Part shown: positions 7,676 to 15,945 of the stretch, piece by piece
Layout of the letters: each line of letters opens with the position of its first letter
Numbering within the stretch: the first letter of the stretch is position 1
From: Gemmatimonadaceae bacterium
GTDB lineage: Bacteria; Gemmatimonadota; Gemmatimonadetes; Gemmatimonadales; Gemmatimonadaceae
Direction of reading: 5' to 3'
DNA: 64,000 bases
Assembly (NCBI GenBank): GCA_031414435.1
Contig: JANNVN010000123.1
Span: 1,158 to 65,157 of the forward strand
The notes under the pieces: model-generated
Seen by the model: the letters and a program-made list of their open reading frames with translations, nothing else
Told to the model about the DNA's origin: nothing
Database searches by the model: none
Position numbers and translations under genes: made by a program

Positions 7676-10408
7676 GTGCTCGCTCTCCTCGCCGCGCTTC
7701 TGCAGGCCCAGCCGCCCGTTCCGGCACCCCAGCGCTCGGTACCCGATCCCGGCGTGATGGCGGTCGGGCAGCGCGTCACGCCAGCCGGGGTGCAGTCGAT
7801 CTTCGACGGACGCGTCGCGGGCGTCCGCTTCGGAGGAACGTCGGGTGATGTGTGGGTTGCCGTACCGGGAAGCGCCTGGCACCTCAACTGGCGTGACAAC
7901 CGCGTCCTGTCGCGGGCCGAGTTTGTGGGACGGCCGGGTGTGCACGGGCTGGCGATCGATCCGGTCACGAAGCGCGTCACCGTCTCGTCGGTCAGCAAGC
8001 TCCCGGCCGACGTGGCGGCCAGCCGGACACCCGGCGGACCACCGCTGGCCCGGGCCAAGGCGGTGGCACAACTGGTGTCCTACAGCAGCGATTCCGCGGC
8101 CGCGATCGTGACCGCGTCGGGAACCCTCGGTGATTTCATCGCAGGTGGGCCGGCCATCGCATCGAGAAAGGGCGCCGACGGACGCCGCGTCGCTGTGCTG
8201 CCGCTCCCCGCGGACGACAAACTGGCGATCCTCGATGCCGACTCAGGCGAACGCCTGCGCAGCGTGGCACTCGGCGTGCTGCCGATTGCCGCCGTCATCT
8301 CTCCGGACGGTGCCACGGCGTGGGTGACGGTGTTCGGTGGCGCCAAGCCACGCCCCGGACAACGCCGGGCGTCACAGTGTTGCGATCCGGCGGCGGAACC
8401 GGTGCGCATCAATGCGCGAGGCATCGCGCTGCCTGGCACCGTCGACCGGATCGACATTGCGACCGGTACGATCACACATCACGTCACGGTCGGCACGCAC
8501 CCCACGGGACTGGTCTGGGATCAGCTGCGCCAGCGGTTGTATGTGGCCAATGGCAACAGCGACGGCGTCAGTGTAATCGATACGCGCACCAACACGCTCG
8601 CCGGTACCATCGCAATCGCTCCGTTCCGCGAACGCAAGATCGGACTCACGCCGACTGCCGTCGCGCTCTCGCCGGACGGACAGACCCTGTTCGTCACGCT
8701 CGGTGGTGCCAACGCCGTTGCGCTCTACGACGTGCGCGGCGCAGTGGTGGGTGAGGCAGCCTTTCGTGGACTGATCCCGACCGGATGGTATCCCAGCAGC
8801 ATCGACGTCAGCGCCGATGGCGCCACGATCGCCGTGGGCACTTTGTTCGGTGTCGGCGCTGGTACCGGTCGCACCGCTGGCAAGGAAGGGCGCTACGTGT
8901 TCGCGGAGCGCGGCAGTGTGAACGTGATCGCGATGCCCAGCGCGTCCGAACTCGCCGCCTACACCACCGGCGTGGCCGAGAACAATCGCTTCCATCTGGC
9001 CGCCGGCCCCGCTGCCCCGTCGATCGCCCCGCGCGCCGGTGCCGTCGCGCAGGCCGTACCGGAGCGGCCCGGTGAGCCGAGTGTGATTCAGCACGTCGTC
9101 TACATCATTCGCGAGAACCGGACCTACGACCAGATTCTGGGCGACATCGGCAAGGGTGCCAGCGATCCGAGCCTCACGATGTACGGTCGTGACGTCACGC
9201 CGAATGCCCACGCGTTGAGTCAGCAGTTCGTGCTGCTCGATCACTTCTTTGCGTCCGGCGGCAACTCGGCCGATGGTCACAACTGGCTGACGCAGGGTGG
9301 CGAGACGGCGTATCCGATGTGGCCACTGTACTCAGGCCGCAGCTATCCCAGTGAAGGCAATGATCCGCTCACCTACTCCTCCGGTGGCTTCCTCTGGGAA
9401 GCGGCGAGGCAGAAAGGGAAGCGCGTGGTCAGCTTCGGCGAGTACGCGCCGGCGCCGAGTGATTCCATGCCCAGTATGCGGGCGCGTCTGATGGCGATGT
9501 ACCGGGATCCGTCATACACCACAGCGCGCAGTCGTCAGGAACTGAAGCGGTTGTACAACACGCGCAGTGAGATTCCGAGCCTCGACCGGATTCTGGTGCG
9601 TGAGTATCCGGGCTGGACGCAGGAAGTGCCCGACGTGATGAAGGCTGGTGTGGTGCTCGAGCACCTGAAGCAGTGGGAAGCGGCGAAGGCGATGCCGCAT
9701 CTCACGATGATCATCCTGCCGAACGATCACACGCAGGGGACCAGTGCCGGCTGGTGTACACCCGCCGCCTGCGTGGCGGACAACGATCTGGCACTCGGCC
9801 AGCTGGTGGAGTCACTCAGTCGATCGTCGGTCTGGAAATCGATGGCGATTCTGGTGGTGGAGGACGACGCGCAGAATGGCGTCGATCACATCGACGGGCA
9901 TCGCACCGTGGCGCTGGTAGCCAGCCCGTACGCGCGGCGTGGTGTGATCGACAGCACGTTCTACAGCCAGCCGAGCATGGTGAAGACGATCGAACTGATG
10001 CTCGGCCTGCCGGCGCTGACGATGTTCGATCTGGTGGCGACGGACATGCGCGCGAGTTTCATCGGGCCTACGGAGCAACCCGACTTCGCGCCGTACACGG
10101 CGTTGACGCCGAGGCAGTCGCTCTTCGAGACGAACCTGCGCGTTGGCGAGATCACTGGGCCCGATGCCGTGGCGCGAAAACGGGCAGCCGTCGCCAGTGC
10201 GCGGATGAACTTCCATGATCCCGATGCGGCGCCGACCGAGCGGCTGAATCGCATCCTGTGGGGAGCGGCGAAGGGCTGGCGTGTGCCGTATCCCGAGGTG
10301 AAGCGGTCGCTGTTCTTTCCGCTGGCGGTGGATGTGGACGATGATGACCGGGAAGAGCGTGAGGAGCAGGTGGAGCGGAAGCCGCGGCGTGTCGTACCGA
10401 AGAAGTAG
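7676..10408 (+). CDS. bifunctional YncE-like beta-propeller / phosphoesterase-family (phospholipase C/AcpA-type) protein
   Basis: The N-terminal half has YVTN-type repeats (RLYVANGNSDGVSVIDTRTNTLAGTI, GQTLFVTLGGANAVALYDV, DGATAWVTVFGG). The C-terminal half has the phosphoesterase signature VVYIIRENRTYDQILGD...GGNSADGHNW...ILPNDHTQG...VEDDAQNGVDHIDGHRT. Confidence 0.8.
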   Translation: MLALLAALLQAQPPVPAPQRSVPDPGVMAVGQRVTPAGVQSIFDGRVAGVRFGGTSGDVWVAVPGSAWHLNWRDNRVLSRAEFVGRPGVHGLAIDPVTKRVTVSSVSKLPADVAASRTPGGPPLARAKAVAQLVSYSSDSAAAIVTASGTLGDFIAGGPAIASRKGADGRRVAVLPLPADDKLAILDADSGERLRSVALGVLPIAAVISPDGATAWVTVFGGAKPRPGQRRASQCCDPAAEPVRINARGIALPGTVDRIDIATGTITHHVTVGTHPTGLVWDQLRQRLYVANGNSDGVSVIDTRTNTLAGTIAIAPFRERKIGLTPTAVALSPDGQTLFVTLGGANAVALYDVRGAVVGEAAFRGLIPTGWYPSSIDVSADGATIAVGTLFGVGAGTGRTAGKEGRYVFAERGSVNVIAMPSASELAAYTTGVAENNRFHLAAGPAAPSIAPRAGAVAQAVPERPGEPSVIQHVVYIIRENRTYDQILGDIGKGASDPSLTMYGRDVTPNAHALSQQFVLLDHFFASGGNSADGHNWLTQGGETAYPMWPLYSGRSYPSEGNDPLTYSSGGFLWEAARQKGKRVVSFGEYAPAPSDSMPSMRARLMAMYRDPSYTTARSRQELKRLYNTRSEIPSLDRILVREYPGWTQEVPDVMKAGVVLEHLKQWEAAKAMPHLTMIILPNDHTQGTSAGWCTPAACVADNDLALGQLVESLSRSSVWKSMAILVVEDDAQNGVDHIDGHRTVALVASPYARRGVIDSTFYSQPSMVKTIELMLGLPALTMFDLVATDMRASFIGPTEQPDFAPYTALTPRQSLFETNLRVGEITGPDAVARKRAAVASARMNFHDPDAAPTERLNRILWGAAKGWRVPYPEVKRSLFFPLAVDVDDDDREEREEQVERKPRRVVPKK

Positions 10409-10872
10409 GTAGCTAACATCGTGGCACGTGGCGCACGATTTGTGTTGTTGCGCCCGCCAGCGTGGCGATGCGGCGGCCATGCTGGCGAATGATGGCCCTG
10501 TCGGCCTAAAGAGAACAGAAGCACGCCTGATCTCGGTCAGCGACAATATCGATGAATTACTGTCGCTGGTCGGTTGGGACAATGGCGTGATAATGACTGA
10601 ACCGGATGCGGCGGTCTCGGCCGTCGTTCCTGCCCATGGCGCGCGCGGATGCGATCCCCACGATTCGGTCCGGCTGCGGGCCGCACCTCGATCGCCACCA
10701 GCCCGGATGCGCACGACCGATTGCGCTTGATCGCCATCCTCTCGGAGGGTCACGCGACGACGCTGCGTGCCAGAACGGCGGCTTGGCGTCCGCCGCCCCA
10801 TGGCGGAAGGGCCAGACGCTCGAGGCGCCACTGCTGTGCTGTGGTGACGAACTCCTCCGCGATATCGCGCGA

Positions 10873-10907
10873 GAATTTGTCGTTCCTAGTAACGTTATAA
10901 GGTTATG
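10873..10907. promoter_or_regulatory. isolated AT-rich patch with 8-bp palindrome TAACGTTA, about 310 nt upstream of the PKS operon; candidate operator or promoter element
   Basis: The sequence gaatttgtcgttcctagTAACGTTAtaaGGTTATg is a sharp AT island in otherwise high-GC non-coding DNA. TAACGTTA (10890-10897) is self-complementary and GTTAT is repeated 3 nt apart. No convincing sigma70 -35/-10 spacing is present. Confidence 0.2.
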
Positions 10908-11215
10908 TGCGGCACAACGGAAACCACGATCTGGTCGATGATGCATGGCGTGACCGATTTCTGCCAGAAGTCTCCAGTCGGCCGTTCGATCGGGAACACC
11001 ACGGATGTCCTGCGGCCCGTCGCTGTAGACCGCAAGGATGTGTCAGGCAATCAGCGCCGTGTGGCCTGTGTCGCCCGGTCGAGGGGCGTGACTGTGGTCC
11101 CAGACGCTCTGCGGGTCGGGAGCCTCGGGCGCCATCGTGGCATCTCGCGCGGGATGGCGCTCCGCGGAAGGGCCATGTCTGAGACGTCTCGTGTGCGTCC
11201 GCGTGAGTTTGCGCC

Positions 11216-14200
11216 ATGAGCACGACGCCCTCGGCGTCGCCGCGCGCGATCGCCATCGTTGGGATGAGCGGGCGATTTCCGGGGGCCCGGTCACTGGAGC
11301 AGTTCTGGCAGAATCTGCGCGACGGTGTGGAGTCCCTCGACACCTTCACCGAGGCTGAACTCGACGCTGCCGGCGTTGACGCGACGACTCGAGCACTCCC
11401 CGGCTGGGTGCCGCGCGGGACGGTGCTTCAGGACGCCGACCACTTCGACGCGGCGTTCTTCGGCTATTCGCCGCGTGAAGCACAGATCATCGATCCGCAG
11501 CAGCGCGTCTTTCTGGAATGCGCGTGGGAAGCGATGGAGCACGCCGGCTACGCGCGCGAGCCGGACGGGGCGATGGTGGCGGTCTACGCCGGCTCGAGCA
11601 TCAACAGCTACGTCTACAGCCAGCTGCTCCCGAACCGGGAGCTGCTGGCGTCCGTCGGCGGCTATCAGGTCATGCTCGGGAACGACAAGGATTTCCTCAC
11701 CACTCGTGCGTCATACAAACTCGATCTGCATGGACCGAGCATGGCCATCCAGACGGCATGCTCGACCTCCCTGGTGGCCGTGTACGTGGCGTGTCAGGCG
11801 CTGGTGCGTCGCGAGTGCGACATGGCGCTGGCCGGTGGTGTGTCAATCACGTTCCCGCAGCGCACCGGGTACCAGTATCAGGAGGGGATGATCTTCTCTC
11901 CGGACGGGAGCTGCCGGCCGTTCGACGCGGATTCGAAAGGAACACGCGCCGGCGCCGGGGCAGGCATCGTTGTCCTGAAGCGCCTCGAGGATGCACTCGC
12001 CGACCGGGATACGATTCACGCAGTGATTCTCGGCTCGGCCATCAACAACGATGGCGCCGGTAAGGCAGGGTACACAGCCCCGAGCATCGATGGCCAGATG
12101 GAAGTGATCGCGACCGCCCAGGCGCTGGCGGGCGTGTCGGCTGAGAGCATCTCGTACGTCGAGGCACATGGCACGGCAACACCACTTGGTGATCCGATTG
12201 AGATTGCGGCCCTGACGCGCGTGTTCCGCGAATCGACCGACGCGCGCGGATTCTGCACGATCGGTTCGCTGAAGGCCAATCTCGGGCATCTCGATGCCGC
12301 CGCCGGCGTGGCGGGGCTAATCAAGACCGTTCTGGCGCTCCAACACCGCGAACTGCCGCGTCAATTGAACTTCCGCGCGCCAAATCCGCAGTTGCAGCTG
12401 GACACGTCGCCATTCCGTGTTGCAACAACGTGCGAGCCGTGGGCTGCCGGTGCAACGCCGCGCCGCGCGGGCGTGAGCTCGTTCGGGATTGGCGGGACCA
12501 ATGCGCACGTGGTGCTCGAAGAAGCGCCGGCTGCGGCGCCGAGCGCCATCGCCCGGTCGCATCACCTCGTGGTCCTCTCGGCCAAGACCGCCGAGGCCCT
12601 CGACGCCGCGACGACGAATCTGGTCGGGTATCTGCGGCAGGATGCCGCGGCATCGCTGGCGGATGTCGCGTACACGTTGCAGGTCGGGCGCCGTCCGTTC
12701 CCGCATCGGCGCAGCGTCGTCGTCTGTGATGCCGCCGAAGCGATCACGGCCCTCAGCGCACCCGATCGCGCACCGGTGACGAGCAACGTGCACGAAGGAG
12801 CGTCGCGACCGGTGGCCTTCCTGTTCAGCGGACAGGGCAGTCAGCACGCGGGGATGTGTGCGGAGCTGTATGCACATGAACCGGCGTTTCGTGCCGCGGT
12901 CGACCGCTGCGCGGACATCCTGCACCCGCACTTCGGTCGCGACATTCGCGAACTGCTGCGCGATGGCACTGATCAGGAACTGAGCGAGACCGCGGTCGCG
13001 CAGCCGCTGCTGTTTGTGACGGGGTACGCGTTGGCCGTTCTCTGGATGTCGTGGGGCGTCCAGCCGAGCGCCATGCTGGGCCACAGCATCGGCGAGTACG
13101 TCGCGGCCCATCTGGCGGGCGTCTTCTCGCTCGAGGATGCCCTGATGCTGGTGTCCGCGCGCGGCCGCCTCATGCAGGAGATGCCTCCAGGCGAAATGCT
13201 CGCCGTGCGCCTCGCAGCAGATGCACTGACGCCTCGCCTGGGCCCCGGCGTTGAAATCGCTGCGATCAACGCTCCTGCGATGTGCAGTGTGTCAGGCACG
13301 AGGGAGGCGATCGCGGCGCTGGCGGCGCAGTTGGAGCAGAGCGGCATCGAGCATCGACCACTGCATACGTCACACGCATTTCACTCGGCGATGATGGAAC
13401 CGGTGCTCGCGCCGTTTCGCGCGCAGGTGGCGCGTGTGTCCCTGTCGGCGCCGCGGATTCCGTACGTGTCGAATGTGACTGGGACCTGGATCCGTCCAGA
13501 GCAGGCGACGTCGCCCGACTACTGGGCGTCACATCTGCGCGGCACAGTGCGATTCGCAGAGGGCGTTGCGACGCTGATCGCTCATCAGTCAGTGCAGCTC
13601 CTCGAGGTCGGTGCGGGGAATGCGCTGGCCTCGCTGACGCGGCTGACGCTCGGCCGCGACGGAGCGTCGCGCGTGACCGCATCGTTGCCGCATCCCCGTG
13701 AAGCGCGACGTGAGCTCGAGACGATGTTGGATGCGGTGGGTCGACTGTGGGTCAGCGGCGTTGCGGTTGATTGGGCGGGTATCAATGCAATGGCGTCGCT
13801 ACGGCGTGTACCACTGCCGACCTACCCGTTCGAGCGCAAGCGTCATTGGGTCGACGCCCCGAAGCCTGCGCCAGACGCCGTCGCGCGCTTGTACCGGCGC
13901 GAGGCGCTGGATGACTGGTTCTACACGCCCACATGGACGCGCGCACCGCTGGCTCGGAATCGACTGCTGCCGCTGGACGGCACGTGGCTCGTATTCGGCC
14001 GGGCGGATGCACTCGAGGCGGCCGTTCTCGAGCGGCTGCGCGCGCGCGGTGCGTCAGTCATCGCCGTCGGCGCAGGGGAGCAATTCACGTCGGGTGACGA
14101 GCGATTCGTGGTGCGCGGTGCGGACCCGCGCGACTACGAATCACTCATCCGCACACTTCGGGACAAGGGGGCTGATCTTCGCGGTGTCATTCATCTCTGG

Positions 14201-15778
14201 AATGTGGGGCCGATCGGGAATGCGAATGCTGCCCGGGATACCTCGCTTCACGCGATCGCCGCACTCGGGCGGGCGCTGCTGATCGAATCACCGGCGGCGT
14301 CGTTGCGACTGGTGGTTGGGACGACCGGCGCGCAGAGCGTGCATGGTGAGCCTGTGCAATACGCGGATCGTGCGCTGTCGACCGGCCCGGTGCTGGTACT
14401 GCCGATGGAGCACGCCGGCGTAGGTGCGAGTACGATCGACCTCGATGGCGCCACGGCCCGCGTTGGCTGGCGTGACGAGGCGGCACGACAGCTCGTCGAA
14501 GAGGCGTCAATTGACGACGCGGACGCGCTGGTTGCGGTCCGGTCCGGCGAACGCTGGGTCCGTCGATTCGTCGGTGGGGCACTCCCGAGAACCGAGACCC
14601 TGGCAGCGACGTTGACGCACCGCGGTGTCTGTCTGGTGACCGGAGGACTTGGCGGTATCGGCGTGACTCTGGCCGAGTGGCTGGCTCGCAATGTGTCGGC
14701 ACGGTTGGTTCTGACCTCTCGGACGGCACTGCCGAACCGTGGCGAGTGGGATGCGTGGCTGGCGGCGCACGACGGGTCGGATCCGACGTCGCAGCGCATC
14801 CGGGACATCGAGCGAATCGAGGCGGCTGGTGGCGAGGTTGTCGTGATCGGTGCGGACATTGCAAGCGTGACGGAAATGCGGAGTGCACTGGCCGCTGTCG
14901 AGGCTGGTTGGGGGCCTGTCACGAGTGTGATTCACGCCGCTGGCATTGCTGGTGACGGGTTGCTGGCGCTTTCGAGTCGCGATCATGCAGAAGAGGTGAT
15001 CAGTGCCAAGGTCGCGGGGTTGGACTGCCTCGTGGCTGTGCTCGGCGATCACGCCATGGAATTTGTGGTGCTGTGCAGCTCGATCAACGTGGTCGGCGGG
15101 GTCGCGGGGACTTACGCATACACGGCTGCCAACGCGTACCTCGACGCCTTCGCGGTGTCGGCGCAGCGGCCGGTGGGATGGCGGACGGTCTCGATTGCGT
15201 GGGATGCCTGGCGGGATGTCGGGATGGCGTCGAAGGTTGTGGTCCCGGATGCCATGCGCGCGGCTCGAGCGGCGTACGTCGCGGCCGGTATTTCACCGGC
15301 CGCTGGTGCGGACGCCTTCGCGCGCTGCCTCGAAAGCGGGTTCGCTCAGCAGGTCGTGTCGCCGTATGACATCGAGACGGCGCTGATCGATCGTCGGCGA
15401 TTACGCTCGGCCGCGCCCACAATCGTCGAGACCCGTCGCGCCGAAGCCCATGCGGCAGAAGTGTCGTCGGAGGGCAGGCCATCGTCTGCACACGTCGCCC
15501 CGGCAGGGGAAGTGGAGGAACGGCTGGCGTCAATCTGGGAGGAGCTCTTGGGCGTTACGCCGGTCGGAGTGCACGACAATTTCTTTGATCTGGGTGGTCA
15601 TTCGCTGCTGGCCACCCGTGTACTGGCGCGGATCGACAGCACCCTGGGCGTGCGCCTGCCGCTGCGAGACGTGTTCAGCGCGCCGACGATCCGGCTGCTT
15701 GGCGGCCTGATCGAGGCGCAGCTGCAGTCGGCGGCTGTTGCTGCGCATGGCGGTGAACGCGAAGAGTTTGAGTTGTGA
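11216..15778 (+). CDS. type I PKS, KS-AT(malonyl-type)-KR-T, with an NRPS-type carrier domain
   Basis: KS motifs: QTACSTS (Cys codon 11759-11761), EAHGTATPLGDPIE, KANLGHLDAAAG. AT motifs: GHSIGE (Ser codon 13085-13087) and HAFHS. Linker PLPTYPFERKRHW. KR motifs: VTGGLGGIG (about 14638-14661), YAYTAANAY, HAAGIAGDG. Carrier: DNFFDLGGHSLLATR (Ser codon 15602-15604). The KS begins at about residue 10, so there is no loading or docking region. C-terminal tail ...GGEREEFEL. Confidence 0.93.
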   Translation: MSTTPSASPRAIAIVGMSGRFPGARSLEQFWQNLRDGVESLDTFTEAELDAAGVDATTRALPGWVPRGTVLQDADHFDAAFFGYSPREAQIIDPQQRVFLECAWEAMEHAGYAREPDGAMVAVYAGSSINSYVYSQLLPNRELLASVGGYQVMLGNDKDFLTTRASYKLDLHGPSMAIQTACSTSLVAVYVACQALVRRECDMALAGGVSITFPQRTGYQYQEGMIFSPDGSCRPFDADSKGTRAGAGAGIVVLKRLEDALADRDTIHAVILGSAINNDGAGKAGYTAPSIDGQMEVIATAQALAGVSAESISYVEAHGTATPLGDPIEIAALTRVFRESTDARGFCTIGSLKANLGHLDAAAGVAGLIKTVLALQHRELPRQLNFRAPNPQLQLDTSPFRVATTCEPWAAGATPRRAGVSSFGIGGTNAHVVLEEAPAAAPSAIARSHHLVVLSAKTAEALDAATTNLVGYLRQDAAASLADVAYTLQVGRRPFPHRRSVVVCDAAEAITALSAPDRAPVTSNVHEGASRPVAFLFSGQGSQHAGMCAELYAHEPAFRAAVDRCADILHPHFGRDIRELLRDGTDQELSETAVAQPLLFVTGYALAVLWMSWGVQPSAMLGHSIGEYVAAHLAGVFSLEDALMLVSARGRLMQEMPPGEMLAVRLAADALTPRLGPGVEIAAINAPAMCSVSGTREAIAALAAQLEQSGIEHRPLHTSHAFHSAMMEPVLAPFRAQVARVSLSAPRIPYVSNVTGTWIRPEQATSPDYWASHLRGTVRFAEGVATLIAHQSVQLLEVGAGNALASLTRLTLGRDGASRVTASLPHPREARRELETMLDAVGRLWVSGVAVDWAGINAMASLRRVPLPTYPFERKRHWVDAPKPAPDAVARLYRREALDDWFYTPTWTRAPLARNRLLPLDGTWLVFGRADALEAAVLERLRARGASVIAVGAGEQFTSGDERFVVRGADPRDYESLIRTLRDKGADLRGVIHLWNVGPIGNANAARDTSLHAIAALGRALLIESPAASLRLVVGTTGAQSVHGEPVQYADRALSTGPVLVLPMEHAGVGASTIDLDGATARVGWRDEAARQLVEEASIDDADALVAVRSGERWVRRFVGGALPRTETLAATLTHRGVCLVTGGLGGIGVTLAEWLARNVSARLVLTSRTALPNRGEWDAWLAAHDGSDPTSQRIRDIERIEAAGGEVVVIGADIASVTEMRSALAAVEAGWGPVTSVIHAAGIAGDGLLALSSRDHAEEVISAKVAGLDCLVAVLGDHAMEFVVLCSSINVVGGVAGTYAYTAANAYLDAFAVSAQRPVGWRTVSIAWDAWRDVGMASKVVVPDAMRAARAAYVAAGISPAAGADAFARCLESGFAQQVVSPYDIETALIDRRRLRSAAPTIVETRRAEAHAAEVSSEGRPSSAHVAPAGEVEERLASIWEELLGVTPVGVHDNFFDLGGHSLLATRVLARIDSTLGVRLPLRDVFSAPTIRLLGGLIEAQLQSAAVAAHGGEREEFEL

Positions 15779-15945
15779 CACAGCAGACCACAGGCGAACT
15801 CCTCGACCAATTGCGCGCACTCGATGTCCGAGTGCGCGTGGAAGACGGACGGCTCCGCATCAACGCGCCCAAGGGGAGTCTGACGCCGGCGCTCGAAGCC
15901 GCGCTGGTCGCGCACCGGGAAGCTCTGGTCGCGGCGCTCGAAGAC
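15775..15945 (+). other. TubC-type N-terminal (beta-hairpin) docking domain of the NRPS
   Basis: GELLDQLRALDVRVRVEDGRLRINAPKGSLTPALEAALVAHREALVAALE fits the pattern L..L...GV.LW.EG..LR..AP.G.LT.EL...L..HK.E....L that I recall for TubC_N-type docking domains. Confidence 0.7.

Noticed and set aside
10405-10422. Imperfect direct repeat GTAGG(N2)GCTAACATCGT at 10405-10422 and GTAGG(N5)GCTAACATCGT at 62259-62279. These bracket the whole BGC region (about 51.9 kb), and the right copy sits next to the IS3 remnant. I considered them as possible att-like island borders.
   Set aside because: The exact shared core is only 11 nt. By a rough estimate (0.28^11 per pair over roughly 2x10^9 position pairs), thousands of 11-mer matches are expected by chance in 64 kb. 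Even among the intergenic regions alone, a few are expected. No integrase or tRNA is adjacent. It would be worth re-testing only if comparative genomics shows an insertion at exactly these points.
10428-11215. ORFs in the leader upstream of the PKS (10428-10730, 10557-10946 minus, 10606-10941, 10905-11219 and others). A protein-like minus-strand stretch (...NDKFSRDIAEEFVTTAQQWRLERL...) was also considered as a possible regulator or pseudogene.
   Set aside because: They are mutually overlapping and lack start codons in the protein-like stretch, which is bounded by TAA with no ATG, GTG or TTG. They have no recognisable motifs and cannot be supported without a homology search.
13850-14600. Possible hidden DH domains in the AT-KR interdomain regions of the 11216 and 21603 proteins (also 24250-24990).
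   Set aside because: No HxxxGxxxxP, (Y/F)GP or DxxxQ/H motifs are present. Length and composition fit the KR structural subdomain.
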